Positions 1-10,067 are shown, numbered from the stretch's first letter. The stretch: DNA of 64,000 nt from an uncultured Clostridia bacterium (GCA_934793215.1 CAKVOP010000003.1:3455-67454); one strand, 5' to 3'. The notes: generated from the letters alone by a model not told the origin. Numbers and translations: made by a program.

Positions 1-1016
1 TTTTCTGCACCACCAAAAACTTGCATATACGAAATAAGTTCTTTTTCGTTAAACTTTTCTGCCTGTGCAATAGTTTTTGCGAGTGCATCGTCAGGCAGAG
101 ACAAAATTTCATTTGGGTTTGCACAAGATTTTGCAACTAATAGTGCCCGTGCGTGCTTTGCAAGTTCTTTTACAAAAACTGGAAGATTCTTCCCGCTTCT
201 ATCTATCTCACTTATTAAAGTAAGTATCCCGCCAGCGTCACGGTCACGCAATTTGTCAAAATAATCAATCATAAGGTCGTAATCAGTCCTACCAAGAACC
301 TTCATAACCTCTTCTTTTGTTATTTTACCGTTTGAGTAAGCAACTACACAATCTGCAATAGATAGCGTATCTCTCACGCTCCCCTCGCCCGCAACGGCAA
401 TCAGTTTAAGTGCATCACTATCGTACTCAATTTCTTCACTATCAAGCACCTTTTCAAGTAGTGCGGTGAGTTTATCAACGCCCACAAGCCTAAAATCAAA
501 CCTTGTGCATCGAGACAAAATGGTTGCAGGAAGTTTGTGAGGCTCTGTTGTCGCAAGAATAAAAATGACATGTGCTGGTGGCTCTTCAAGAGTTTTTAGA
601 AGTGCGTTAAATGCTGAATCTGTCAACATGTGCACTTCATCAATAATATACACTTTGTATCTTGCACCAACTGGCATAAATTTGACTTTTTCGCGTATTT
701 CACGGACGTCATCTACACGGTTATTTGATGCGGCATCTATTTCAATAACATTTATATCATTTTGTTTTTCAAGGTTTTTGCAAACCTCGCATTCTCCGCA
801 AGGTGAACCATTCTCGTTATGCAAACAGTTTACCGCTTTGGCAAAAATTCTTGCGACAGAAGTTTTCCCAATCCCTCTTGAACCAGTAAAAAGATAAGCA
901 TGACTTTTTTTGTCACACATTATTTGGTTTTGAAGTGCTTTTGTGATATGCTCTTGTCCAATTACCTCTTCAAAGGTTTTAGGACGATATTTGCGATATA
1001 GCGCGAGATGTTCCAT
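1..1016 (-). CDS. dnaX: DNA polymerase III subunit gamma/tau, N-terminal part (3' end runs off the window)
   Basis: Absent from the ORF track because it is open at the window edge. My reverse-complement translation from the ATG (complement of 1014-1016) reads MEHLALYRKYRPKTFEEVIGQEHITKAL..AYLFTGSRGIGKTS (Walker A)..KVYIIDEVHMLT. GGAGAA RBS lies upstream. Confidence 0.93.
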   Translation of the reverse strand, partial: MEHLALYRKYRPKTFEEVIGQEHITKALQNQIMCDKKSHAYLFTGSRGIGKTSVARIFAKAVNCLHNENGSPCGECEVCKNLEKQNDINVIEIDAASNNRVDDVREIREKVKFMPVGARYKVYIIDEVHMLTDSAFNALLKTLEEPPAHVIFILATTEPHKLPATILSRCTRFDFRLVGVDKLTALLEKVLDSEEIEYDSDALKLIAVAGEGSVRDTLSIADCVVAYSNGKITKEEVMKVLGRTDYDLMIDYFDKLRDRDAGGILTLISEIDRSGKNLPVFVKELAKHARALLVAKSCANPNEILSLPDDALAKTIAQAEKFNEKELISYMQVFGGAE

Positions 1017-1032
1017 ATTTTCTCCTGCTTAA

Positions 1033-1061
1033 ATTATACAAAACATTTTACATTTTGGCAA
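1033..1061 (-). promoter_or_regulatory. sigma-A-type promoter for dnaX
   Basis: Minus strand reads TTGCCA, a 17-nt spacer, then TATAAT, about 17 nt upstream of the dnaX RBS. Confidence 0.6.
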
Positions 1062-1088
1062 CAAAAAAATCGGCATAACCCGATTTTT
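1062..1088 (-). terminator. rho-independent terminator after tpiA
   Basis: Minus strand reads AAATCGG-GTTATG-CCGATTT followed by a T7 run, immediately after the tpiA stop. Confidence 0.7.
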
Positions 1089-1095
1089 CTCTCTT

Positions 1096-1851
1096 TTAGC
1101 CCGCTTTTACTGGCAAGGCTTTTGCCATCTTAATAAGATTTTCACATTTTAAAGCACTGTTGCCAATCAAAACACCATCAAGCAATGAAATTTTGCTCAC
1201 CAAAGCGATGTTTTTTTCATTCAAACTTCCACCATAAACGACATTGATTTTTTCGCCCGCTTCAACCGAAAAATCATCTGCTATAACTTTTCTTATTGCA
1301 TTGGCAGCCTTCTCAATCTCCTTTGCCGTTGGCGTCGTGCCTGTGCCGACCGCCCAAACAGGCTCATAAGCAATCACGATGTTGTCAAGCTCGTTTTCAT
1401 AAAGTCCTTTAAGCGCTTCCTCGATTTGAGTTTGCAAACTTTCGCGTCCTTTCAATGTGTTTCTCTCTGTTTGAGTTTCTCCTACGCAAAGAATAACTTC
1501 TAATCCATTTTTAAGTGCAAGTTTTATCTTTTTGTTGAGAACGCGACTGGTTTCTTTATATTTCGTTCTTCTCTCATAATGTCCAACTAGCACACTTTGG
1601 GCTCCAACATCTTTAAGCATACTCGCGGAAATTTCCCCTGTATTTTCACCGACCTCGTCTTCACAAAGATTTTGTGCTCCAATTTTTATATTAGTACCCT
1701 CTGTTAAAAACTTGCCAAGTTCAAGACTAGTAAAAGGAATCATAAAAGTAAATTCATGTTTAAATTTTTCTGCAAGAGGAACAAACTCATAAAAATACCT
1801 TTTAATTTCACTTGAAGTCTTGTTCATTTTGAAATTTGAATAAATTTTCAT
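1096..1851 (-). CDS. tpiA: triosephosphate isomerase
   Basis: 251 aa with family motifs VLVGHYERR, ILCVGE and IAYEPVWAVGTG. Its 4-nt overlap with the pgk stop fits the pgk-tpiA operon. Confidence 0.93.
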   Translation of the reverse strand: MKIYSNFKMNKTSSEIKRYFYEFVPLAEKFKHEFTFMIPFTSLELGKFLTEGTNIKIGAQNLCEDEVGENTGEISASMLKDVGAQSVLVGHYERRTKYKETSRVLNKKIKLALKNGLEVILCVGETQTERNTLKGRESLQTQIEEALKGLYENELDNIVIAYEPVWAVGTGTTPTAKEIEKAANAIRKVIADDFSVEAGEKINVVYGGSLNEKNIALVSKISLLDGVLIGNSALKCENLIKMAKALPVKAG

Positions 1852-3029
1852 ATACTTCTCTCCTGTAACACATCAACGCAAGGAAGCGACCCTTTTTCTA
1901 TAAATTCAAGCGTTGCTCCGCCACCCGTCGAAATGTAATCTATTTTATGGGAAAGGCCAAGTTGATTTATTGCAGACACCGTGTCTCCTCCCCCCACAAC
2001 AGTGTGTCCTTTACAAGAAGCGACCGCTTTTGCGACAGCCATGGTTCCATCAGCAAATTGTGCATCTTCGAATTTTCCAACTGGTCCATTCCAGAAAACT
2101 GTTTTTGCACCCTTTATAGCACGAGCATATAGTTTTGCCGTTTCGTCGCCAATATCATACCCAACCATGTCACCCGCCAGTTTCCTTACCTGATAAATAT
2201 TATTAGATTTGTCTCTTTTTTTCATACAAACATGGTCAACAGGAAGCAGGATTTTCTTCCCTTGTTCGTAGGCCTTGTTTAGAATTTCTTTTGCTTTTGG
2301 CACACTTGCTTCATCACAAATGCTTGCACCTATCGTTTCGCCTTTCGCTTTCAAAAATGTGTATGCCATAGCTCCACCAATTATAAGTGTGTCCGCTTTG
2401 TCTATAAGTGCACTTAATACTGGAAGTTTATCTTTAACTTTTGCCCCACCAATAATTGCGACAAAAGGTCTTTCAGGTTCGGTCAGCAACGACGAAAGTT
2501 CCTTAAGTTCTCTCTCCATCAACAACCCCGTTGCGTTTGGCAGTATTGTCGCGAGTCCGTAGGTTGTCACATTTTCTCTATGAGCAGAAGCAAATGCGTC
2601 ATTTACATATATATCTCCATACGATGCAATCTCGCGTGCAAAATTCTTGTCGTTTGAAGTTTCCTCCTCATAAAAACGAACATTTTCAAGCAAAAGCACA
2701 TTGCCGTCCTTTAAAACTGCAATTCTGTCTTTAACTTCTTGTCCAATAACCTTGTTGCAAAAATCTACATTACAGGTGAGTTTTTTCATTAAGAAAAGTG
2801 CTACTGGCCAAAGTGACTTTTTAAGTTCAAATCCATTTGGTCTACCAAGGTGACTTAACAAAACTATTCTTGCTCCTTGTTGTGATAAGTATCTTATTGT
2901 TGGAAGTTCAGCAAGAATTCTTGTATAATCCATAATTCTGCCGTTGTCGTCCATAGGCACATTAAAGTCAACTCTCAAAAGGACTACTTTCCCTTTGAGT
3001 CCAGCGAGGTCTTTTATAGTTCGTTTCAT
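1848..3029 (-). CDS. pgk: phosphoglycerate kinase
   Basis: Contains VLLRVDFNVP, LLSHLGRP, LLENVRF and GGGDT motifs. I chose the start at MKRTIKDL (ATG at complement of 3027-3029) with a GGAGGAG RBS. The longer track ORF to 3125 would overlap dusB. Confidence 0.93.
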   Translation of the reverse strand: MKRTIKDLAGLKGKVVLLRVDFNVPMDDNGRIMDYTRILAELPTIRYLSQQGARIVLLSHLGRPNGFELKKSLWPVALFLMKKLTCNVDFCNKVIGQEVKDRIAVLKDGNVLLLENVRFYEEETSNDKNFAREIASYGDIYVNDAFASAHRENVTTYGLATILPNATGLLMERELKELSSLLTEPERPFVAIIGGAKVKDKLPVLSALIDKADTLIIGGAMAYTFLKAKGETIGASICDEASVPKAKEILNKAYEQGKKILLPVDHVCMKKRDKSNNIYQVRKLAGDMVGYDIGDETAKLYARAIKGAKTVFWNGPVGKFEDAQFADGTMAVAKAVASCKGHTVVGGGDTVSAINQLGLSHKIDYISTGGGATLEFIEKGSLPCVDVLQERSI

Positions 3030-3075
3030 AACTCCTCCTAACAAAAGTTTACACAATTTAAAGAAAATTTCAAAA

Positions 3076-4008
3076 TCATTTGCGTGTGCTTGAAAATAAA
3101 TCTTGCAAAATTTGTAGGCTTTCATCTACGCTTGGACTTGTAGCAAGAGCAAGTCTTATCTCACTTGCACATGGTACAGAGGACACATACCACAAAAAGT
3201 GCTTGCGCATATATAGTGTAAGCCAACTTTCCTCATAATATTGTCTTAAAATTTCAACGTGCTTTTTGGCAACTTCATATATATTGATATCTTCATTCTT
3301 CCCCAAAAGTTCGCTAAAAATCCAAGGTTTCCCTTGTGCACCCCTTCCAATCATAACGCCGTCCACTCCCGTTGAAAGCATGGCATTATATGAAGCCAGG
3401 TCTACCACGTCACCATTTCCTATTACGGGAATATGAATTGCACTTTTAAGAGACGCAATTGCATCAAGATTTGCTTTTCCGCTGTAACCTTGCGATGCAA
3501 GTCTACCATGCAAGCAAACCGCTTTTGCACCAGATTCCTCGCACATTCTTCCAAAATCAAGATAGTTTTCTTTTTCAAAACCTAGTCGAAATTTAACAGT
3601 GACAGGCCTCTTTGATTCATTCACACAAGCAGAAATAATTTTGCTCGCGAGAGGTAAATCTTTCATAAGTGCACTGCCCTCTCCATTTTTTACGATTTTT
3701 GGAGCAGGGCAACCCATGTTTATATCAATAATGTCGTATTTTTCAAGCATTGGCAAAGAAAGAGACTCTTTCATAATTTCACTTTCATGTCCAAAAATCT
3801 GTCCAATTTTTATTTTTTCCTCTGGTGAAATAATAGTCATAAGTTCCGTCTTTTTAGGGTTATGGAGCATAGCTCTACAAGACAACATTTCGCTATAAGT
3901 AGCGTCTGCGCCAAAAGAAGACGCAATAGCCCTAAAGCCTACATCACTCACCCCCGCCATAGGAGCCAAAAGCAAATTGTTATTAAAATCTATATTCTCA
4001 ATTTTCAT
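3076..4008 (-). CDS. dusB: tRNA-dihydrouridine synthase
   Basis: 310 aa with LAPMAGVSDVGFR, DINMGCPAPKI and a TIM-barrel Dus pattern. Confidence 0.88.
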   Translation of the reverse strand: MKIENIDFNNNLLLAPMAGVSDVGFRAIASSFGADATYSEMLSCRAMLHNPKKTELMTIISPEEKIKIGQIFGHESEIMKESLSLPMLEKYDIIDINMGCPAPKIVKNGEGSALMKDLPLASKIISACVNESKRPVTVKFRLGFEKENYLDFGRMCEESGAKAVCLHGRLASQGYSGKANLDAIASLKSAIHIPVIGNGDVVDLASYNAMLSTGVDGVMIGRGAQGKPWIFSELLGKNEDINIYEVAKKHVEILRQYYEESWLTLYMRKHFLWYVSSVPCASEIRLALATSPSVDESLQILQDLFSSTRK

Positions 4009-4031
4009 AAGTATATGATAGCAATATTTTT

Positions 4032-5555
4032 TCAGTTTTCCAAACGCTTTTTATCTTTTTTAAACCTTTCAAGAAGTGGTTTTATAAATTCGAGCCATAA
4101 AGGTAATGTTAAAACAGCGTAAACTCCGCCACCGGCAATAATGGCAAGAATGATTCCCACCAGTCCGCCCAGTGCACTTATCATAAGTTCTACCGATAAA
4201 AACATGACAATTCCGCCTGCAAGAGGAAGAAATAAATTGAAAAAGTCAACTTTTACAGAAGAATAAAGTTTTACCATTGCACAAATAGAAATAGTCGCAT
4301 TTAAAAGCGCATTTGAAATTGGAATTGCATATATTCCAATAGTGCTTATCCTTGCAAAAATCACAAGGGTAAGAATTTTTACGCCACCACCTACGAGAGA
4401 AAAACATAGTGCATGCTTAAACAGCCCTTTTGCTTGCAATATTGAAAAAAGAAACTGCATTACTCCCGCCATTAAAGTGGCAACCGCCGTAACAAATGTT
4501 AACCCCCTTGAAAGCGGAAGAAAATCTTTGATAACAGACGGATAAACAAGCAAATAGAACTCTTTTGATATTGCACAGACACCTAGAACAAGTGGAACTA
4601 AAAAAGTCCACATAAGCGAAAAGGCACGTGAAATTGTATATTTTTCTTCGTCTTTTGAACCTTGTGAAGAAAGATAAGATACTTTTGGCAAAAGTGCCAT
4701 TCCAACAGCCAGCGAGACAAGAAGAGGGAAACTTAAAACCGTTCCAACCATGCCCGTTTGAAGCCCATATAGTTTTTGTGCAATGATCCTTTCAAATCCA
4801 GCAATCGCAAGAAGAGGCAAAATAACCAGACTTTCAACGGCATGCGTTAGCGGAATAACAGCACTACTGAAAGAAAGAGGCAAAACGGCAGAAAAGAACT
4901 CTCTTTTTACAACCGCGTTACTATAATGAATTTTCATTCTTTTTGTGAGTGCATACTGCAGATATACAAAAGCAAGAAGTTCACTTATACTGATCCCAAG
5001 AAATGCTCCAAAGACACCAGCGTTTACACCTCTTTTACCTAGCAAGTACGCAAAAGATAGCCCAAACGCAAATCTTGTAACTTGTTCGATCATCTGGCTT
5101 ATCGCAGTTGGAGACATATTTTCATGTCCTTGAATAACCCCGCGATAAACTCCAATTAGCCCGCCACACGGCAAAAGTAGGAGCATGAGAAGGTAACTAC
5201 TCCCACCTCTAAACCCTTGGACAATAGCAATTCTTTTTGAAAAAATTGCTAAAATTGCCCCCAAAGATAGTCCAACGCAAAGAACATATTTGACAGCGAT
5301 TTTGAGATAGTCTCCCGTTTTTACCGTTTCACCTTTCGCTCTTGCGGAAGAGACCAGTTTTGAAAGCGAACTTGTTATTCCGTTTGAGACAAATATAACG
5401 GCAAGTGAATATAGGCTCATAACCATTTGAAATATCGCTATGCCTTCAATTCCTAAAACATTTGTAAGAGGTAATCGAAAAAAAGCACCAAAAAGTTTGC
5501 AGATTAACCCGCTTATCACTAAAACCATAGCGCCTTTCCCAACCGATCGATTCAT
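4032..5555 (-). CDS. MOP-superfamily flippase (MurJ/SpoVB-like polysaccharide biosynthesis protein)
   Basis: 507 aa and hydrophobic throughout, with about 12-14 predicted TM segments. The N-terminal motif FRLPLTNVLG..G is typical of SpoVB/MurJ-like proteins. Confidence 0.7.
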   Translation of the reverse strand: MNRSVGKGAMVLVISGLICKLFGAFFRLPLTNVLGIEGIAIFQMVMSLYSLAVIFVSNGITSSLSKLVSSARAKGETVKTGDYLKIAVKYVLCVGLSLGAILAIFSKRIAIVQGFRGGSSYLLMLLLLPCGGLIGVYRGVIQGHENMSPTAISQMIEQVTRFAFGLSFAYLLGKRGVNAGVFGAFLGISISELLAFVYLQYALTKRMKIHYSNAVVKREFFSAVLPLSFSSAVIPLTHAVESLVILPLLAIAGFERIIAQKLYGLQTGMVGTVLSFPLLVSLAVGMALLPKVSYLSSQGSKDEEKYTISRAFSLMWTFLVPLVLGVCAISKEFYLLVYPSVIKDFLPLSRGLTFVTAVATLMAGVMQFLFSILQAKGLFKHALCFSLVGGGVKILTLVIFARISTIGIYAIPISNALLNATISICAMVKLYSSVKVDFFNLFLPLAGGIVMFLSVELMISALGGLVGIILAIIAGGGVYAVLTLPLWLEFIKPLLERFKKDKKRLEN

Positions 5556-5703
5556 AGTTTTAGATTAATCTAAACGACAAAATATATACAATTTAAGGCA
5601 AAAAGTGTATAAAAAACGCATAAAAATTAACAAAAATAAAAATTGCCTATTTACAAAGCAAAATAAATGTGTTAAAATGTTGGCAAGAGACAAGGAGGAA
5701 TGA

Positions 5704-6363
5704 ATGGACTTTGTTACAAACAACCCATATATTTTAAGAAAGAATGAGTACCCACATGTTAAAGGTTTGTCCTATAAAATTGATAAATACGACCAATCAA
5801 AAAACATCAAAATTGTCATGGGACATTTGCTTGCATATTTATCCCATTATCGCCGTGCTTTTAAAGACAAAGACAAAACACAAATTACAGCCCTTTACAA
5901 TCAAATTATGAGTGGCAAGCACCCTTGTGTTAGTCCAGAACTTTTAATTCAATCAGGGCTTGATAGCAGTGAGTATGTTACGAATTTGAAATCATTGGTT
6001 ACAAAAATCAACAATTCGTCAGCAGAAGACTTTGAAAAATGGGAAGATTCCCCTTTATTCAAAACAATGAACTATCTTTGCAGTAGTTCTCACTGGGAAA
6101 ACTGGCAAAAACTTCCAAATGCAAGATTAACAGGAAGTACAAAATTTTCAGTAGCCCTCTTATGCGAAGTTGATCAATCTGACGAAATTTGTATCTTTGA
6201 CCTTTTCTCAATGCTTAAAGATGCATTAAATGGAACTGCAAACCAAACATCTTGCCTTAAAGCAGGATCAATATTCCTTGAACATCTCAAAAGTTTACCT
6301 TCTTTCCGCGAAAACTACCGCCTAGTTCCCCCAACAAGTGGCGACAACGGAAATGAAAGATAA
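5704..6363 (+). CDS. hypothetical protein
   Basis: 219-aa ORF with an AAGGAGG RBS at 5692-5698. I recognise no motif. Confidence 0.6.
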   Translation: MDFVTNNPYILRKNEYPHVKGLSYKIDKYDQSKNIKIVMGHLLAYLSHYRRAFKDKDKTQITALYNQIMSGKHPCVSPELLIQSGLDSSEYVTNLKSLVTKINNSSAEDFEKWEDSPLFKTMNYLCSSSHWENWQKLPNARLTGSTKFSVALLCEVDQSDEICIFDLFSMLKDALNGTANQTSCLKAGSIFLEHLKSLPSFRENYRLVPPTSGDNGNER

Positions 6364-6508
6364 ATCTAGATTATATAGAAAAAGCACTTTTATTTTAGGT
6401 CTATTTCTAGCATAATTTAATAAAAAACGCATTGTTCTTCGCGTTTTCCATAATTTAAAAAGAGCACCAGTATTAGTGCTCTTTTTTGTTTTAATTTTCG
6501 CTGTTTGC

Positions 6509-8086
6509 TTACTCTCTTTCCAATTCAAGCTCTTCAAATTCAAAGGCTGTCGATTTCTTTCCATCGGTTACATCAATATCAAAATCCAAGGTTTTTTCCA
6601 TTGTTTCAGGTGTGCCCTTGGTTGGAGCTGGAGTTTTTGTTTCTGGCTTCTTTCCTTCGCCGCTTGGTTTATCGCTTCCACTTTTACCCGCGGTTTTGGA
6701 AGGCTCCGTTTTATCTCCATCGATGTAAAAAACTATTGGAGAACCGTCCTTTGCTTTTTCAGCTTTCTTCGCTTTCTTTTTTTCTGGCTTTTTCGGCTTT
6801 TTACCTTTTTTCTCTGGTTTTTTGGCTGGCTTCTTGGCCGGCGCTTTTGGTGCGGGAGCTTTTTTATCAGCCACTTTATTCTGTGCCTCTACGACTGGTG
6901 TTCCTTGGTCCTTTGCTTGCTTTTTAAGGTTTTGTATTGAAAGAAGCAAATCATCTGTCAGTTTCTTCTTATCTTCCTTTTTTAACTTTAAATTCTCAAA
7001 TCCACCATTGTCATCAATGACGCGTTCCAAAATCATACGAAGGTATGTAAATTTTCGTTCAAAATTGTTTTCACTTCCGTCAAGTAGAGATTTGTACTTT
7101 GCAATTATCTCTCTACCCTCGGGCGTCTCTTCAAGCAATTTTAACAACCTTAAAAGGTAGATTTGGCTTGCTATATCAAAAAGATCCCCAACCACCAAAT
7201 CTATATCAAGAGCATTTTGCATTATAACTGTTAAGTTTGGCACCTCAAATTCATTAATGACTAGTGCCACATCACTTAAAGAGAAGACTTTACGAACTTT
7301 GATTCTAAATTCATCATCATTCTTATCGACATAGTCGGCAATTTTAGTAACAATATATTCTTCCTTTAACGCCTTGCCCACATATTCTTCAAGGTAAAGT
7401 GTCGCTTTTGATTTACCGTCCTCCAAAGCCACCATTTTTACAACAAAGCGAAATTCTTTGCCGAAATATGAAATGCTTGCTTTGTATTCATCTTCACTTA
7501 CTGATTCGATCTCTTTTACGATTTTTATTAACTCTCGTTTCACATCATCAGCAACAATATATCTTCCTTTTGAGTCAAACTTTCCAACAAGTTTAAAGGT
7601 CGCGGTCAAAAAGCGGTATCTAGTTTTATAATAAAATATATTATCGTTTTCTTTTATTGTTACATCACCGCCATAGGTCACAAAAGGTAGCAATGCGTCC
7701 TCTTTTTTATCTCCCTTTTCTACTTTTGTGCTAGCATCGAGACTGGTTGCAGAAGCGTTTTGTGCTTTTTCTTTTCCATTCTCCACTACTTGCTCGCCAG
7801 TTAAAGCATTTAACTTTGCGTCTTGGCCGTCACTACTTTCCCCTTTTGGCTCAATGTCAGCATTTGCCGTAACGTCTTTTCTTTCTGCGGGTTTACCGTC
7901 TTCTTGTTGATTTAATTCAAGTTTTTTCTCCACGGTTACACCCTGCTTGTTTGAGGCCTCTTCATTAGCCGTAAAGCGAGCGACATCTGTGGCGATTGTT
8001 TCGTCGTCACCATTTCCTCCGCGAATCAAATTATTAATTTCTCGCCCAAAATCAACTTTCGGGTCAAGCATTTTTTTCTTTTTCAT
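6509..8086 (-). CDS. hypothetical protein with a C-terminal Lys/Pro/Ala-rich (histone-H1-like) tract
   Basis: Long ORF with start taken at MKKKKMLDP. It has an acidic disordered N-terminus, a roughly 300-aa globular core, then KKAPAPKAPAKKPAKKPEKKGKKPKKPEKKKAKKAEKAK encoded at about 6750-6875. Confidence 0.7.
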   Translation of the reverse strand: MKKKKMLDPKVDFGREINNLIRGGNGDDETIATDVARFTANEEASNKQGVTVEKKLELNQQEDGKPAERKDVTANADIEPKGESSDGQDAKLNALTGEQVVENGKEKAQNASATSLDASTKVEKGDKKEDALLPFVTYGGDVTIKENDNIFYYKTRYRFLTATFKLVGKFDSKGRYIVADDVKRELIKIVKEIESVSEDEYKASISYFGKEFRFVVKMVALEDGKSKATLYLEEYVGKALKEEYIVTKIADYVDKNDDEFRIKVRKVFSLSDVALVINEFEVPNLTVIMQNALDIDLVVGDLFDIASQIYLLRLLKLLEETPEGREIIAKYKSLLDGSENNFERKFTYLRMILERVIDDNGGFENLKLKKEDKKKLTDDLLLSIQNLKKQAKDQGTPVVEAQNKVADKKAPAPKAPAKKPAKKPEKKGKKPKKPEKKKAKKAEKAKDGSPIVFYIDGDKTEPSKTAGKSGSDKPSGEGKKPETKTPAPTKGTPETMEKTLDFDIDVTDGKKSTAFEFEELELERE

Positions 8087-8233
8087 ATTAAAAGTATAAA
8101 ACAAACGCGATTAAATATCAAGGCTTTTTGCCAAATTGAAAAACATTGGTAAAAATTATTTTAAAAAGCGTTTCCCCTCAATATGTTTGCATAAAAATTG
8201 AATTATGCTATACTATCAAAAAGGAGCATGAGA

Positions 8234-8489
8234 ATGGATAAAATTTGTCAAAGTTGCGGAATGCCAATGAAGGACGTCCCTTTTAGGAACAAACAAGGAT
8301 GGTAGCGTAAATCAAGATTACTGTAAATTTTGTTATACAAATGGTGAATTTATAGACAAAGTCACTATGAACGAATACATAGAAATGTGTTCGCAGTTTG
8401 GTGCACAGGCAGGAATGACTAATGCAGAAATGAAAGAATATTGCCAAAAACTATTCCCTACTTTAAAAAGATGGAATGATCAAAAATAA
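8234..8489 (+). pseudogene. frameshifted zinc-ribbon domain protein
   Basis: Frame 1 reads MDKICQSCGMPMKDVPFRNKQGW* with a stop at 8303. The +1 frame continues LLGTNKDGSVNQDYCKFCYTNGEFIDKVTMNEYIEMCSQFGAQAGMTNAEMKEYCQKLFPTLKRW...* to 8489. Together these make a CxxC...CxxC small protein with one frame break near 8270-8285. Confidence 0.7.
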
Positions 8490-8570
8490 AAAGCCTTTCA
8501 ATTTTAGCGAGCCCCCTATTAAAGAATAATTAAAAAGTGTATCAATTATATTCATAAAAACTTACAACAT

Positions 8571-8607
8571 AAAAACGCTTATATTTATTTTGATATAAGC
8601 GTTTTTA
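8571..8607. terminator. bidirectional rho-independent terminator
   Basis: AAAAACGCTTATAT-loop-ATATAAGCGTTTTT sits between converging genes. Confidence 0.7.
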
Positions 8608-8690
8608 TTGTAAAAGAATTTTAAATGAATGTGAGTTTTTCTTTTTTCCCCACAATTTTAATAAACTAAACCCCATTCAATAAAAATTAA

Positions 8691-9005
8691 CTAATTCTTT
8701 AAAAAACTTATGCAATATGGGCACTCTTCGATTGAATTTATAGTTATTCCGTTTGAAACACATTTGCCGTTGTGATTGAAAAGACAGTCTGCTTTACAAT
8801 TTATTGTTAATGCCTTACTATCTCGTTGAGGTGCATAACACGGTTCTCTTTCAAACAAATGTTTTGTTACATCTTGAACATTTTTTTTGTTTTCATCTTT
8901 TTCAAAAGTAGAACATGTCACACGCTTTGTTACCAAAATCTCTTTTGCTTTGCAAACAAATCGGTCGTTAAATCTACACAAATTTTTTCTGCAACGAATA
9001 TCCAT
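8691..9005 (-). CDS. Cys-rich small protein, DUF1540-like
   Basis: 104 aa with two repeats of a C..C......C pattern (CRKNLCRFNDRFVCKA and CKADCLFNHNGKCVS), as in the DUF1540 family. Confidence 0.5.
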   Translation of the reverse strand: MDIRCRKNLCRFNDRFVCKAKEILVTKRVTCSTFEKDENKKNVQDVTKHLFEREPCYAPQRDSKALTINCKADCLFNHNGKCVSNGITINSIEECPYCISFLKN

Positions 9006-9092
9006 AAAACTCCTTCCTTTGCCTCTTTTATTAACAAAAATCTTGACTTTTATGCATTAAAATAATACAATTATCTTAAATAAGGAGGAATT

Positions 9093-9536
9093 ATGAAGGT
9101 AGTTTTACTTGCTGACGTAAGGGGAACTGGCAAAAAGGGCGAAATCAAAGAAGTATCTGACGGCTACGCAAACAACTTCTTGCTTAAAACGGGAAAAGCA
9201 AAAAAGGCAGACAATGCAACATTAAGTGAAAACAAAAATCGTCAAGAGGCGAATGATTTTCATAAAGAAATGCAAAGACAAGACGCCGTTAAGCTTGGAG
9301 AAGAGTTGAAAGAACAAAAAGTTTGTCTTACCATTAAATGTGGAGAAAATGGCAAAACTTTTGGCTCTATATCTGCGAAAGAAATTGCAGACGAACTAGC
9401 AAAATGTGGATACAATGTGGATAAAAGGAAAATTGAACTTAAAGAAACAATCAAATCTATTGGAGATTATGAGGTTATTGTAAAATTACACCCTACAGTT
9501 TCAGTTAAAGTTAAGGTTCAAGTTAGAGAGAAATAG
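9093..9536 (+). CDS. rplI: 50S ribosomal protein L9
   Basis: Starts [31 protein letters not shown], is 147 aa, and has an AAGGAGG RBS. Confidence 0.93.
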   Translation: MKVVLLADVRGTGKKGEIKEVSDGYANNFLLKTGKAKKADNATLSENKNRQEANDFHKEMQRQDAVKLGEELKEQKVCLTIKCGENGKTFGSISAKEIADELAKCGYNVDKRKIELKETIKSIGDYEVIVKLHPTVSVKVKVQVREK

Positions 9537-9543
9537 GAGTATT

Positions 9544-9939
9544 ATGAAATATAACAACGAAGATGCACTCAATTTAATATACAACAGAATGCGATGGGGG
9601 CAATTTTTAGAAAAGTATTGGCATGAAGAAAATGTGATTTACGTCCATGCCAAGGCGATTGCAAAAGCATACGAAAAGGTGCACCCTATTCCAGTAAAAA
9701 AGCCTACATATAAAAAATTTGAAGAATGGATAAAGCCATTTCAAGAGAAGTGTTTAAAAATATCTCTTAAATTTGGAGACAATCCAAACAGCCGTCAATA
9801 TGTAAGCGAACAACTTTTTAAAGATTATATGGATAAGTATGCGGGTTATCTATATAGAGAAAGTAGTGCCGAGCGAGACTACGACCTTGAACTTGCTTAT
9901 GCACGAGAATGCACTTTTGACGAAGAAGAGAATTCTTGA
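9544..9939 (+). CDS. hypothetical protein
   Basis: 131-aa ORF 7 nt after rplI with a GGAG RBS. It sits where dnaB/dnaC helicase usually follows rplI in Bacillota. Confidence 0.55.
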   Translation: MKYNNEDALNLIYNRMRWGQFLEKYWHEENVIYVHAKAIAKAYEKVHPIPVKKPTYKKFEEWIKPFQEKCLKISLKFGDNPNSRQYVSEQLFKDYMDKYAGYLYRESSAERDYDLELAYARECTFDEEENS

Positions 9940-10040
9940 TTTTATGTACTTTATTGTCATTAACAAGAATTTAAAACTAATCAAACAAGAAATGATCGTC
10001 TTTATTTACATAAAACAAGTTTTAACTTACGATAAACAAT

Positions 10041-10067
10041 AAAAAGCATGGATTCCCATGCTTTTTT
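10041..10067. terminator. bidirectional terminator
   Basis: AAGCATGG-ATTC-CCATGCTT is flanked by an A-run and a T-run, between converging genes. Confidence 0.75.

Noticed and set aside
565-897. 110-aa plus-strand ORF
   Set aside because: It lies antisense to the clearly recognisable dnaX coding sequence on the minus strand, so it is a shadow ORF.
6476-7160. Three overlapping plus-strand ORFs (154, 140 and 112 aa) rich in Phe/Leu/Ser
   Set aside because: They are antisense to the Lys/Glu-rich part of the 6509-8086 gene. Their composition is the mirror image of AAG/AAA/GAA codons, and they have no RBS.
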